From: a virus | DNA: 64,000 nucleotides | IMG/VR virus record: IMGVR_UViG_3300027976_000007 | Coordinates: 1 to 64,000 of that record | Strand: one strand, 5' to 3' | Shown: positions 36,890 to 47,903 of the stretch, one piece after another | How positions within the stretch are numbered: the first letter of the stretch is position 1 | Layout of the letters: the number at the start of each line of letters is the position of its first letter | Program-made: the position numbers and the translations under genes | The notes under the pieces: generated by a model | What the model saw: the letters and a program-made list of their open reading frames with translations, nothing else | Told to the model about the DNA's origin: nothing | The model's database searches: none

Positions 36890-37624
36890 TTAAAAATTAT
36901 TATCACTTTTTCTTACAATAAAATACTCACTCTCTACTCCATCAACTATAAATTCTAATTTCATTAGGCCTTTATTACTTATAAAAAGCTTACCTCCATT
37001 TGGGTTTTTATTAACATGGAGAATAGTTCTAAAAATTTCTGAATTAAAAGGGAGCCTAATGTTTAGTTCTTTAATTTTCCCTGTAACGGAATATGAAATT
37101 TTGTTATTATGCCCTTCTTCATCCCCAAAAATAAATTCACATACGTTATCCCCAACCAATGAAGTAGTAGTATGTATTAACATATTGTCAACTTCCCCTA
37201 AAGCGGCTTTAGCTTTAGTAAGATTTAAAACATCCTTTTCTTCTAGATTTAATTCTACTTCCCATTCAGGAATGTTAACAGTCCCCACTTTAGATATAAG
37301 TAGAGGTTCGGCTAAAGCATAAGTAAGATTAAAATCTTGATCTGAAATATGGAGTTTAGTGAATTTAGATTGATGTTTTTCTAAATCCAAAGAAATATCT
37401 TGACTACATATAGATATCAAACCTGATAGTTTTTTAGTATCAAATATAGCTAACTTACTATCAATCAAATTGAAATTGGGGCATTTAACCTTACCAATAA
37501 CATCCCTTGTAGGGGTCATAAAGTCTATATTAAGAGAATTATTCTTAATTTCCCACATTACAGATTCATTTATCTTTAAATAATACTTATCTATTATAGA
37601 AGAAAGTAGAGATTTATTTATCAT
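36890..37624 (-). CDS. Sliding clamp (gp45-like)
   Basis: Size, alpha/beta pattern, C-terminal ISNKGLMKLEF..SEYFIV; next to PolB. Confidence 0.7.
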   Translation of the reverse strand: MINKSLLSSIIDKYYLKINESVMWEIKNNSLNIDFMTPTRDVIGKVKCPNFNLIDSKLAIFDTKKLSGLISICSQDISLDLEKHQSKFTKLHISDQDFNLTYALAEPLLISKVGTVNIPEWEVELNLEEKDVLNLTKAKAALGEVDNMLIHTTTSLVGDNVCEFIFGDEEGHNNKISYSVTGKIKELNIRLPFNSEIFRTILHVNKNPNGGKLFISNKGLMKLEFIVDGVESEYFIVRKSDNNF

Positions 37625-37672
37625 ATCTTATATTATATTTAAATATAACATCTTATTTTACGTAAACCAAAC

Positions 37673-38602
37673 TTAAAAATTAAAAAATATATCTATATGT
37701 TCGTTAGTATTAAAAACCCATTCTAGGTCACTATATAAACCTTCAAGTTTATTTAATAATATAGATTCAAATATTTTCTTTCTATTTACGTATGTTTCTA
37801 TAAATGTTAAAATTTCAGGGGATATATCATAATCCAAAAAAGCTATAGCCTCTATATGGTAAGGATTAGATTTTAAATAAACCCATTTTACTTTATCCCC
37901 AGGGGAAATAGTTTTGTGTTTTTTATTTAAATCCCAGAAATTTAATAAATCATTATGTCGGGCTACTGCTCTTACGGCGGCGGGCGTTCTTTTTTTTAAT
38001 TTAGATAGAATTTCTCCTTTTTTAGGTTTTGAATCTAAGTATTTAGTGAGTGTTTTTACTGAAGTTGGATTACCTAATTTGTTAATAGATATCTCCCCAT
38101 CTAATATTTGGTTTTTATATTTTTTAATTCTCTTATCTATTTCATTTTGAGATTGGCCTTTTAATATATCGATTAAGGCTTCTCTAAAGAACTTACCAAA
38201 ATCTGGAGGGAAATTTGCTTTTTTAAATTCTAAACCTTTTATATCTAATTCATCAACATCTATCCCTTCCTTTTTAGTAATCCATTGAGCATATCTTCTA
38301 GTAGATCTAAAGTAAGCGGATCGAATTACAGCTTCCGTTTTCATCTCTAATCTATGTTCTTCAACATTAAAACATTCCCGGGTTAAAGAATTATAAGATT
38401 CATTTATTATATCTTGATACTCAAGAGCTATTTTCTCTAAACGTTTATCTTTATCCTTTTCATCTAAGTTATCAAAATCAGGGTATAAATATCTTAGGAG
38501 GGGTTCTGCATGTACATAAATTGAGTCAGTGTCTGAGTAGATTACATAATTTTTTAAACTTGAAGGGCAAATAAATTCAGGGATTTCTTGTAAATGTTTC
38601 AT
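37673..38602 (-). CDS. Family B DNA polymerase, C-terminal subunit
   Basis: YSDTDS motif C, RRYA and KGLE motifs. Confidence 0.92.
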   Translation of the reverse strand: MKHLQEIPEFICPSSLKNYVIYSDTDSIYVHAEPLLRYLYPDFDNLDEKDKDKRLEKIALEYQDIINESYNSLTRECFNVEEHRLEMKTEAVIRSAYFRSTRRYAQWITKKEGIDVDELDIKGLEFKKANFPPDFGKFFREALIDILKGQSQNEIDKRIKKYKNQILDGEISINKLGNPTSVKTLTKYLDSKPKKGEILSKLKKRTPAAVRAVARHNDLLNFWDLNKKHKTISPGDKVKWVYLKSNPYHIEAIAFLDYDISPEILTFIETYVNRKKIFESILLNKLEGLYSDLEWVFNTNEHIDIFFNF

Positions 38603-38604
38603 TT

Positions 38605-41424
38605 TTATGTTTTTATAACTTCATTCATTCTCCTGTTGATGGTCAAAGCGGATTCTTGGATAATTCTGTGACCACTAAGTGTTATAGCTTCACTTAGAAG
38701 AGCATGGTTCATCCCATAACGGAAAGAAGGTTGACTAGTAGCACCATAAAGACTGTTCAGTAGAATCTTTACTGTATATTGGTACATATGATAAGTTTCA
38801 GCATCCACTTTGTTCCCGGATTTATATGCTTCTTTCATTAAGGTTTTATATTTAACCCTTTCATTAAACCATTTTTTTAATATGATAGATAATACAGATT
38901 CTCTCTCTTTTGTAAAGAAAACACCATTAGCGGAAATTGATAAATTTTGGGATACTATAAGGTTAATAAGATCCAAAACTTTTATTTCAGTTCTTTTCCC
39001 TTTATTATTTTCTATTATAAGTTTTTCTTTTGGATCTTTAAGTTTTAAATCATTTAACCCTAAACGATTATTTCTATCATCGGTATCAATGATCCTGCCT
39101 ACCAAAGTTTCTTTCCCTATATTGAGGGTCATTATTATTTTAGGATATAGGGAAACTAAATCTTCATCATACACATATTTATAAATTCCGGCTTTAGGGC
39201 AAAACAAATAACCTCCAGCATAATCTTTTTTAGGTATTTGGTTTCTTTCTCTTGATGGAGGAATAATATTTTTATCTAAAAGGTAAGCTGAAATAGCTCC
39301 ATCTTGAGTTTTAGTATTAGCATATACTTCACTATAATTATGTTTTCCTTTATGGGATAGATTTTTAACTAAGGTTAAATAATTCCATTTGGGGTCTAAT
39401 AAAACTAATATTTCCACGTCTCTGAAACCATATTGGATAAAGGTTTCTATATCATTTTCATATAGTTCATCTAAGTTTCCGGCCTCAATCTTTTTTAGAT
39501 TTACATATTTTTCCCCTATGTCATCTAATTTAAAGGATATTTCATCCTCCCAACTGAATTTTTTATGTAACCTCATAAAATCTAAAGATTCAACTCCTAC
39601 TATTTGGATATATTGATCATCATACCAAGGTGTTTCTCTTATTTTATTTATAGGAGAAAGATAAGATGTAATTTCCTCTCCTAATATTCTACACATTCTA
39701 TAATAGGTATAAGGTACATCAAAGAAATCACAGTTATGGGTTTTTACTCCTTCATAAGTAAAATAACTTGTTGAGGTAGTTATATCACACATATCTACCT
39801 CCTCCTTAGTATCTATAATTTCTCTTACCCTAACTAGGACTTTATCTTTAAGAACATACTTTTTAGTATTACATGAGGGTTTGTTTTTAAATTCAAAATA
39901 TTTTATTTTATTTTTTTGTTGGTTATTCTTGTACCCTCTCAAACATAAACCCTCAATGAAGGTTTTGTTATTGAAGATATTGGTGTATGGTATATTTAAA
40001 TTATTCTCGGAAGATTCAATTGTAGAATAAACACCATTCCATAATAACAACTCATGAAATTTATGGATGTTGTTTTCATAATTACAAAAAGATAAAAATT
40101 TATTATTAACACTACCATCCCCATCGATACACCCTGAAAAGAATGATGAAAATTGTTTTTTAGAAAGTTTAGATAGTAAATTTATATTAAGTGATTTTTC
40201 ATCATTCCCCCCATAAATTAACTTTTTTAATAACTTAAACTTACCATCATGTGAATTTTTACTAAACATTCTAAAATTATAATTAGGTTTAGCATTAGGG
40301 TAAAGTTTTGATATGGAGGGTTTTAATTGATCAATATTCTCAATTTGGGATGATTCTCGCCTATAAATATTTGCTAGAGGTATAATATTTTCAATTAGCT
40401 CCTTACAACTATTAGATACACTAATAGAGTTAGTGTCACCCTTCCCTTCACTGTGATACCAACCATCAGTAAATATAAGACCTAACAGATATAAATCATC
40501 ATTAGTTATAGGTACAGTATCTTTACCCCCTACTAAACTCATATTTTGATTATTGTTAGGATTATTACCTTTAATAACTTCTAGATATAAATCATTGTTA
40601 TTACCTATCATATCCTTTACAGATTTATCGGATACATTCTCTAGTATAGGGTTTAATGATTGATAGGTTGATGTTTTTTCATATACTGGGAAGATATGGT
40701 CTATACTACTTTTTATAGTGTTACCATTTTCTAATAGAAGATTATATTGGTTCTTCATTTTTGATGATACATATCGAAGTACTCTGTTATCCACACCATG
40801 TAATGGGGTATTATTGGGTATATTTTCGATTTCTACAATTTCATCCTCTTTCCATATTCTGGATGTTTTTGGAATACAATTCCATCCTACTATTATGTCG
40901 GGATCTATCTCTCTGAACCTTTCTAAGAATATTAACAGGAGTTCTTTTTCCGTTCTGCAAGGTATTATTTCTTTATTTCTATGTTTGGTGTGGGCTACTT
41001 TACCTGTAGGGTCTAAGATTAATAGACCCCACATATCTAGTTGTTTATCGTACCAAGCGATTTGGGTGATTTTTTTAGCTGCTTCTTTTATACTTTCAGG
41101 GGTTAGAGATTCTAACATCTCAGTTTCTATATCCCAAAAGAATTCTCTGTGGGTTTTAGAGGGTTCATCATTTATTCCATATTTTTCAATAAGGAATTTT
41201 TGGTGAGGGGTAATATCATGGAAATGTAGTCTTGGATTATCTTTATCCCATTCATTAACTTTTTTTAGAAATTCCCCATTTAACCCTCGATGAGTATGAA
41301 TAGATTCAGAGCATTCTATAAAGGCCCAATTATTCCATTTTATTTTTTCATACCCTCGATCATCCCAAAGATGGATGAGACATTTATTGCCCCCTAACCC
41401 CTGGGAAAAACATTTCTTATACAT
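38605..41424 (-). CDS. Family B DNA polymerase, N-terminal subunit (exonuclease, motifs A and B), intein-containing
   Basis: DIET, VGWN..FD, DLVSLYP and KILLNSLYG motifs. Confidence 0.95.
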   Translation of the reverse strand: MYKKCFSQGLGGNKCLIHLWDDRGYEKIKWNNWAFIECSESIHTHRGLNGEFLKKVNEWDKDNPRLHFHDITPHQKFLIEKYGINDEPSKTHREFFWDIETEMLESLTPESIKEAAKKITQIAWYDKQLDMWGLLILDPTGKVAHTKHRNKEIIPCRTEKELLLIFLERFREIDPDIIVGWNCIPKTSRIWKEDEIVEIENIPNNTPLHGVDNRVLRYVSSKMKNQYNLLLENGNTIKSSIDHIFPVYEKTSTYQSLNPILENVSDKSVKDMIGNNNDLYLEVIKGNNPNNNQNMSLVGGKDTVPITNDDLYLLGLIFTDGWYHSEGKGDTNSISVSNSCKELIENIIPLANIYRRESSQIENIDQLKPSISKLYPNAKPNYNFRMFSKNSHDGKFKLLKKLIYGGNDEKSLNINLLSKLSKKQFSSFFSGCIDGDGSVNNKFLSFCNYENNIHKFHELLLWNGVYSTIESSENNLNIPYTNIFNNKTFIEGLCLRGYKNNQQKNKIKYFEFKNKPSCNTKKYVLKDKVLVRVREIIDTKEEVDMCDITTSTSYFTYEGVKTHNCDFFDVPYTYYRMCRILGEEITSYLSPINKIRETPWYDDQYIQIVGVESLDFMRLHKKFSWEDEISFKLDDIGEKYVNLKKIEAGNLDELYENDIETFIQYGFRDVEILVLLDPKWNYLTLVKNLSHKGKHNYSEVYANTKTQDGAISAYLLDKNIIPPSRERNQIPKKDYAGGYLFCPKAGIYKYVYDEDLVSLYPKIIMTLNIGKETLVGRIIDTDDRNNRLGLNDLKLKDPKEKLIIENNKGKRTEIKVLDLINLIVSQNLSISANGVFFTKERESVLSIILKKWFNERVKYKTLMKEAYKSGNKVDAETYHMYQYTVKILLNSLYGATSQPSFRYGMNHALLSEAITLSGHRIIQESALTINRRMNEVIKT
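39733..40878 (-). mobile_element. Intein (382 aa) with LAGLIDADG homing endonuclease in the ExoII motif of PolB
   Basis: GWN|CIPKT...SSIDHIF...LLGLIFTDG...FFSGCIDGDG...KTHN|CDFFD. Confidence 0.92.
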
Positions 41425-41436
41425 GTAAATAGATTT

Positions 41437-41979
41437 TTATTTTTTACAAGAATCAATTTCGTCTTGGGTAAAGAATTTTTTCAAGTCAGGGGAGAAATAA
41501 TTAATAGATTTCATTACCTTCATATCGTGAGTTCTGAAGACTACATATCCATAATCTGTTTTAACATAACGGCAAGGTGTTCCTTGTTGTAATGATCTTA
41601 CTCTAACGGTTTCTTCAGCTTCATATAATGTATTGCATATTTTGGATAAATTAGAAGCTTGAACTTCAGCATATCCCGCTTCAATTTTATCCTTTAAACC
41701 AAAAACTAAAGCACCATTCCCTAACCCTACATAAACTATATCTAATATCCCATCAAATATTTTTACTATATCCTTTTCATCAACTGCTTCTTTTAATTCA
41801 TCTAACTCCTCTTGAATAAAATCAATTACAAATTTGGCATCCTTAAGGTCAATGGTAGGGGTTGTTCTGTTTTGCCAACTCTTATTCATAAGTTCATTAA
41901 ACTCTTCTACTTCCGAAATGAAAGGTATCTTATTTTTCATATTTATTTCGATATTTGTTTTGGTATTTGTTTTTAACAT
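41437..41979 (-). CDS. MazG-like / PRA-PH family NTP pyrophosphohydrolase
   Basis: EELDEL...D.ILD..YV, EVQASNLSK and KVMK motifs. Confidence 0.8.
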   Translation of the reverse strand: MLKTNTKTNIEINMKNKIPFISEVEEFNELMNKSWQNRTTPTIDLKDAKFVIDFIQEELDELKEAVDEKDIVKIFDGILDIVYVGLGNGALVFGLKDKIEAGYAEVQASNLSKICNTLYEAEETVRVRSLQQGTPCRYVKTDYGYVVFRTHDMKVMKSINYFSPDLKKFFTQDEIDSCKK

Positions 41980-42111
41980 ATTGAAATTTATTATCCATTT
42001 TAATATTCTCGTCTTTCAACATAATATACATTTTCTTTTTGTAAATTCCAAATTATTTTTTTTGATATTCCTAGATATAACACTTTTTATATAAGAATAC
42101 AAATACAGGAA

Positions 42112-42876
42112 TTATCTTGAGGGAGATATTTTCAACATATCAAAAACTTCTTGTTTAGCTGTTTTATTATGGTCTAAAAACACACCACTCCCACAACTGG
42201 TTATCATAGAACTATTAATATCACGAACTCCCCTACATTTCACACAATTATGAGAATTTTCCATTATTACTAAGGTACCCAAATTATTCTCACAAATTTT
42301 ATCTATTGCTTTTTGTATCGCTAGTGTTAAGTCTTCTTGAATACATCCACGAGAGGCAAAATAACTACAAATTCTATTAAGTTTACTTAAACCAATCACC
42401 CTATTATCTTCCCCCCCGGGGATATAAGCGATATGACAATACCCAATTACACTTTCATGATGATGAGAACATTTACTATAAATACCAATATTTTTTTCTA
42501 AAATTATACCTGTATAATTACTAGGGAAACTTGAGATATCACTTAAAAGGTTATATCTTCCCTTAAAAGCATCTTCAACATAAGCTTTGCTTACACGATG
42601 TGGGGTGTTATCAGAATTGGGGTCATTTTCCCAATCTACCCCAAGTGCTGTTAAGAACTTACCATAATGTTTGGCAGCCTCATTTATTATTTCCTCCTTC
42701 TCTTTTTGATTTAAAGAACGACATTCTCCACTCTCAAGCAAATTATGGAGTTGTGTAGAAATACCATTAGCATATCCGGCTTTGGCAATTTCTAACTCTT
42801 GACTGGAGATAGTTTTTTTGGTACTTCCTTCTACACCATTTGCCTTTTTAAGTAATTCAATTTCGTTTTTAATCAT
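42112..42876 (-). CDS. folE: GTP cyclohydrolase I
   Basis: TPHRV, CSHH, GLSKLNR, QE and HNCVKCRG motifs. Confidence 0.95.
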   Translation of the reverse strand: MIKNEIELLKKANGVEGSTKKTISSQELEIAKAGYANGISTQLHNLLESGECRSLNQKEKEEIINEAAKHYGKFLTALGVDWENDPNSDNTPHRVSKAYVEDAFKGRYNLLSDISSFPSNYTGIILEKNIGIYSKCSHHHESVIGYCHIAYIPGGEDNRVIGLSKLNRICSYFASRGCIQEDLTLAIQKAIDKICENNLGTLVIMENSHNCVKCRGVRDINSSMITSCGSGVFLDHNKTAKQEVFDMLKISPSR

Positions 42877-42981
42877 AATTTTATTCTCCTTTTATGTTTA
42901 TTTATTTGTATTAATATATGAATTTTATTTACAAAGGCCAAAGTAATGGTGAATTTATATTATGTTTAATTTATTGGGATA

Positions 42982-43527
42982 TTACATCACCGCATATCTT
43001 AATAATCCTCCTCTGAATCCTGTCTGTAGGTATTCCTCAGGATTACTTAGTACCTTTTCTAACATATCACGAATCATTTGTTTTTCCTGTTCATAGGTAA
43101 GTGGGGGTGTATCTATGTATTGTGTGATAGAGGGTGACCATGTTAGAGTAATACTCTTCGAAGGTTCATATGTTTTTGGGTTATAAGTAATAGGTGAAAT
43201 TACACACCCATCTTTAACTGGAGTGTGGATATCTAATGGTGAATACATTTTTGGGGTAAACGATATGGTGTAAACATATCCTACTTTATTTTTGTAGGTT
43301 GGGTTTTCTGAATCTGATAGAATTGTTTCGTCAGCAACCAATAAGGTAATACCATCCTCCAATAATACCGAAGGGGCAGACATCCAAATGATTTTTTCAA
43401 ACTCAAAATGATTAATGAGTTCGGTTTCTGCTAGAATACGTTGTTCTTCCGTTAAGTTGTGAATACCCATTACCTCATAAGGTTCATTAAGTATGGATAA
43501 TAATTTTTGAGTTATACTTACTTTCAT
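42982..43527 (-). CDS. Hypothetical protein, paralog of 48236-48781
   Basis: Shared NPTYK.KVGY and FTPKMY..TPVKDGCV. Confidence 0.8.
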   Translation of the reverse strand: MKVSITQKLLSILNEPYEVMGIHNLTEEQRILAETELINHFEFEKIIWMSAPSVLLEDGITLLVADETILSDSENPTYKNKVGYVYTISFTPKMYSPLDIHTPVKDGCVISPITYNPKTYEPSKSITLTWSPSITQYIDTPPLTYEQEKQMIRDMLEKVLSNPEEYLQTGFRGGLLRYAVM

Positions 43528-43779
43528 TTTTCTTTTATTTATTTATGTATTTTTCTATTTTATCCAACAATTCTAGTACTTCATCAGGTTCCATTGTTAT
43601 AGCACAACAAAGGTTTATATTTTCTTTTATTTTATCTAAGATATGAAGTATTTCTTGTTTATCCAAAATATTTTTTATTTTTAACCCATCCCTGATTATG
43701 CCCTTCAATTCTTCATATTTAATTTGGAAGTTCTACAACTAAAAGAGGTTTTGTCATTTTATTTTATATTAATTCATCA

Positions 43780-44634
43780 TCAAACCTCTCTCATCTCATC
43801 GAATGCAATTATATGTGGGCGAGGTGAGAATTTATATCCTCTATCCTTACACATATTCATTACAGGACCATAACTTTCAATTAATTGTTCTCTAGTAGCT
43901 CCGGCGGGCATCATCCATGTCTTAGACTTAACCATATTATGAATTCCTTCAAGATCAAACCTAACATAAGAATTAATATATTTGGGGGATGATAAGAGGC
44001 CGGTAGATAACCTTTCTAAAAAATCTTCAACTTCTCCCATTATCGTGAGGTCCTTATCAATTACGGGCTTTATATGGTAATCGTGATGGTAGTTGATAGA
44101 ATCGATTATATTCGCGTAATTTAGACGGAACTTATTATGTTGTTTAACCATCCTTTCATCTACTATAGCCCCCAATGGAGTTTTTTCTCCTTTTATAGGT
44201 ATAGAATTAGAAAATTTAGGACTAATAGATAATAAGTTTATAGGGTGATCTGTTTCTAGGAAATGAGACCCTTCAGTTTCCATAGTTATAAATATTTTGT
44301 TTTGGTAAGCAAAATGAGTAAGTTCATTTACTAAGGAAGGATGCATTGAAGGTGAACCTCCAGTTAACATCATCTCTTTTATATGAGGGTTAGATTTATA
44401 CATATCAATTATTGATTGAAAATTATGCGTACCCTTTTCTGGGTGGATAGAGGTATACCAGCTATCGCACCATCCACCTTCCCCAAAAAAACATCTGTGG
44501 GTGCATCCAGTGGTTCTGATTACTATGGTAGGATAACCTGCTCTAGACCCTTCTGACTGGATTGCTGTGTAAACTTCTAAGATAGGTAAAACCTTATCAT
44601 AATCTTCTATACGGTCTAATTTTTTATGTTCCAT
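43780..44634 (-). CDS. queE: 7-carboxy-7-deazaguanine synthase (radical SAM)
   Basis: IQSEG..G, RTTGCTHRC...CDS, LTGG, METEG and SISPK motifs; start uncertain. Confidence 0.9.
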   Translation of the reverse strand: MEHKKLDRIEDYDKVLPILEVYTAIQSEGSRAGYPTIVIRTTGCTHRCFFGEGGWCDSWYTSIHPEKGTHNFQSIIDMYKSNPHIKEMMLTGGSPSMHPSLVNELTHFAYQNKIFITMETEGSHFLETDHPINLLSISPKFSNSIPIKGEKTPLGAIVDERMVKQHNKFRLNYANIIDSINYHHDYHIKPVIDKDLTIMGEVEDFLERLSTGLLSSPKYINSYVRFDLEGIHNMVKSKTWMMPAGATREQLIESYGPVMNMCKDRGYKFSPRPHIIAFDEMREV

Positions 44635-44662
44635 AATTTTTCTGATATTTTCTTCTGGGATT

Positions 44663-45142
44663 TCAATTTTCTTCATATATCCCTGAATTTTTGCTGTTTT
44701 CGAATACTTCCACTTTAATAGCTTTACATCTATTAGCATCTATTTTTGAAAAAACATCATTGAATTTTTCTAATATAAATTTAGCTAAATATTCGGCACC
44801 CATCTTTTCCATAAAATGCACTTTACATATTCCTTCCATAGCCATAGTTTCGAATAAATCCCTATAAGGATCATCTTTTTCAACTAGTAAAGTATGGTCC
44901 AATAAACCATCTAACCAATTTTTTAAACCATTACCTTCAGGTTGAGCCTTAAATGAACCAAAATCAACTATCCAATTCATAGAGTCAAGCTGTTTATCTA
45001 TTTCAGGTTCATTAGAAGCAAACCAAACCTTCACCTCAAAGGAGTACCCATGAAGCAATTGACAATGTGAATGTTTGGCCTTCCATTGTCTTATAGCTAT
45101 TGAAAAATTATCGAATTTCTTAGTTGAAATATATCTTGGCAT
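44663..45142 (-). CDS. queD: 6-carboxytetrahydropterin synthase
   Basis: C.LLHGY, VDFG, LDH and AE motifs. Confidence 0.9.
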   Translation of the reverse strand: MPRYISTKKFDNFSIAIRQWKAKHSHCQLLHGYSFEVKVWFASNEPEIDKQLDSMNWIVDFGSFKAQPEGNGLKNWLDGLLDHTLLVEKDDPYRDLFETMAMEGICKVHFMEKMGAEYLAKFILEKFNDVFSKIDANRCKAIKVEVFENSKNSGIYEEN

Positions 45143-45160
45143 TTGTTTTGTTTTTAAATA

Positions 45161-45346
45161 TTAATATGTTATAGTGAAAGGATTATAAGGATTAGTAGGA
45201 GGATTATAAGGGATATTATAAGGATAAAAGAGATTTATCCTACTAGATTCGATTTCAGCTTTCAACAATATAACAGCCTCTTGAGGTGTTATAGAGTTTT
45301 GTTTAAGTAGTTTTTCTACTATGGAAGTTATTGTATCATTATTCAT
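45161..45346 (-). CDS. Hypothetical protein
   Basis: 61-aa coupled ORF. Confidence 0.6.
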   Translation of the reverse strand: MNNDTITSIVEKLLKQNSITPQEAVILLKAEIESSRINLFYPYNIPYNPPTNPYNPFTITY

Positions 45347-46196
45347 TGTTGTAAAAATTTAATACATTGTTTTTGATAACATTACTTATATAAAATCCTT
45401 TATCTACTAACTTTGTTGATCTAGCTTTATTAGCACTAGGTAACGCCTTTAATTGTAATAATGTTAAATGGGATTCATCAATAAATAAATTTGGTTTGGA
45501 TTTTTTGAAATAATCTGTTAAATAAAAATCTCCTAATTTTTCCCCTAAAAGTGCAATCACATCAGTATTGTAATATTCACTATCTGAAGGTAACAACATA
45601 TTAATGGTATGATCTATATGATTTTCTAATCGTTCAGCTTCTTCCAATCTACCTTCCCTATTAAAATCTCTAACTTGTTTAACCATCTCTTCATTCAATC
45701 TCCTGATGATGAAACTTTTATGTTCAGTAATTAACTCTGGCAATTGTTTTTCAAAAGTTGGAAATAAAATAGTACTGGAGCATATTAAAATAGCTTTATC
45801 GGAATAATCTAAGAAATCTTTAACTGCGTAACGTAAATCCTTATTTTCTTGATTAACAACTACTGTACCTCCTACTTTCTTATTAAGAATGTTGTGAAAA
45901 TATGGTGGTATATAAATATCATAGTTAGATACATAATATCCAACAAAGTTATCGGGGAACATTGCTACTAATTCATTATATAGCTGATATGCTAATACCT
46001 TATTAGGTGCTAAAACACTCGCGGGTTTATTTTCTCTATCGATAACATTCCCTAATACAAATGTTTTTCCTGAACCTGTTATTCCTTTTAAAGTTTGTTG
46101 TTTGTACTTACCAATTCCATCTAATAAACCATCAATTGAATTATATTGATCTTTAGTAGGAGTGAAATCGGATTTTAAATTAAATCCATTTTGCAT
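45339..46196 (-). CDS. UvrB-like helicase, N-terminal half (its last 4 aa appear to be the thioredoxin tail)
   Basis: GITGSGKT, LAPNKVLAYQLY, YYVSNYD and IDESH motifs. Confidence 0.85.
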   Translation of the reverse strand: MQNGFNLKSDFTPTKDQYNSIDGLLDGIGKYKQQTLKGITGSGKTFVLGNVIDRENKPASVLAPNKVLAYQLYNELVAMFPDNFVGYYVSNYDIYIPPYFHNILNKKVGGTVVVNQENKDLRYAVKDFLDYSDKAILICSSTILFPTFEKQLPELITEHKSFIIRRLNEEMVKQVRDFNREGRLEEAERLENHIDHTINMLLPSDSEYYNTDVIALLGEKLGDFYLTDYFKKSKPNLFIDESHLTLLQLKALPSANKARSTKLVDKGFYISNVIKNNVLNFYNNE

Positions 46197-46419
46197 AACT
46201 CTTATTTTTAAATTAACGTGGCTTCCTTACCAACACGTAAAGATACGAAAGATAGCTCGGGTATCCAAATTTTTATACCATTATAGTTTAAGTAGGCAAC
46301 TCTATTTACCTTTATTTAATTTATATAGTTCATTGTATATACCTGCAAGCAGGATATAAAGGGGTAAAAATATAACCCATAGGTCTAGTGGAGTCATAAT
46401 ATTAATTTATTTAGTTTAA

Positions 46420-46974
46420 TTATTTTAACGAGCTTCTGTATCTGTAATGTAAACACTGAATATCACCCCCGCATAAGGTTCCGTAGGTAACAAATTGTTT
46501 ACCATCAACTATAGCATTTACTTCAGCACCATCATTCCCCTTTCTAATTACGATATCACTTGCAATCATGTCATTGGTTAAGTGTTTTGCTAAAGCACGT
46601 TGTAACTTAAACATATTTACTGATATAAAGGTCTCCATATATTTTTCCTCCCAATTAGGACGTAACTGGTTCTCTAAGGTAGATATGTAATATGTTAAAT
46701 TGCCATTGTTTCTAATTGCCTTATATGCATCCTTTTCGATATATTGTTCAGGTAAGTCATAACTGGTACCACTCCAAGTCCTATGTTCGGTCATATAAAC
46801 AAACCTCTTTATACCTGTATACTGACATGCAACGCCATATCTTATTACTTCCCCATTCTCCTTAACCCATTCCTGGTGCTTAGTAAAATCAGCTTTCATG
46901 TCATTGACCTGCTTGGTAGCTAAATCTGTAACAATAACTTTAGCCTCTTCTGAAATTTTATCTAATGCGTTCAT
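46420..46974 (-). CDS. Hypothetical protein
   Basis: 184 aa; C-terminal GGDIQCLHYRY. Confidence 0.75.
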   Translation of the reverse strand: MNALDKISEEAKVIVTDLATKQVNDMKADFTKHQEWVKENGEVIRYGVACQYTGIKRFVYMTEHRTWSGTSYDLPEQYIEKDAYKAIRNNGNLTYYISTLENQLRPNWEEKYMETFISVNMFKLQRALAKHLTNDMIASDIVIRKGNDGAEVNAIVDGKQFVTYGTLCGGDIQCLHYRYRSSLK

Positions 46975-46979
46975 AACCT

Positions 46980-47198
46980 TTATTTTACAACACCAATTAC
47001 TCTATATTTCTCACTGTATCTTGTTTTGGTACAATCCCATACCATAACCTTACATTCAACTTTTTTCCCAAAATATTCTCTAACATCGGTAAATTTATCT
47101 TCATTAATTAGTATCGAATCACCTATTTCTACATCTAGGAAATAGAATATACACTCCATAAACTCCTCCATTATTACTCTTCCAAATATAGTCTCCAT
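46980..47198 (-). CDS. Hypothetical protein
   Basis: Follows promoter 47247-47278 and a GGGC-AAGAA-GCCC hairpin. Confidence 0.65.
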   Translation of the reverse strand: METIFGRVIMEEFMECIFYFLDVEIGDSILINEDKFTDVREYFGKKVECKVMVWDCTKTRYSEKYRVIGVVK

Positions 47199-47301
47199 AA
47201 CCTTTATTTTTAATTATAATATGGGCTTCTTGCCCTTATTTATGCGTAAATATACGAAAGCTTTTTCGGGTATCCAAGCTTCCTGTGCATTACTGTTAAT
47301 C

Positions 47302-47844
47302 TCATTCAGATAAAAATTCACCAAATAATTGCATATATCTCCCTTCCTCTATCTCATTTTCAAAATATTTATTTGATGGTGTTTTAATAGAAAAATCATC
47401 TCCATCAATAGAGAATACTGCTTTTTTATAACCTTTTACATATAAATCGTATCTACCATCTCCTTTATCTATAAATTTATTATATTTAGGGTTTGATTTA
47501 TGGATTCCTTGTGCTTTTACATTTTTATAACCAAAAATCTTATCCATCAACATTTTCCAAGCATCACCATGTGGTTTGGGATCACATCCAGCCGTTTCCG
47601 GTCCTAATTTAAAATAATGATGGTCATAAGCGTGACAAAGCTCATGTGCAATGGTATCTTTTTCCAATTCTGTATCCAATATAAAGGATGATAAACTGAT
47701 TAAATAATGATTTGGTCCTATATACTTACAATGTCCAAATTTAGATTTTGCCTTTGTAGATACTTCATATTTAATCTTAAGCTTCTCAACACCTAAATCA
47801 TTTGATATTTTAGTGTTTAAATTTTCTAATAATTTATTCTCCAT
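47302..47844 (-). CDS. SprT-like Zn metalloprotease
   Basis: HELCH and HG..WK..M motifs. Confidence 0.85.
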   Translation of the reverse strand: MENKLLENLNTKISNDLGVEKLKIKYEVSTKAKSKFGHCKYIGPNHYLISLSSFILDTELEKDTIAHELCHAYDHHYFKLGPETAGCDPKPHGDAWKMLMDKIFGYKNVKAQGIHKSNPKYNKFIDKGDGRYDLYVKGYKKAVFSIDGDDFSIKTPSNKYFENEIEEGRYMQLFGEFLSE

Positions 47845-47903
47845 CTTGATTTATATAAACTATGTTAATAAGTGTGCTACTTCCCAGACTTTTTTCAATT
47901 TTC

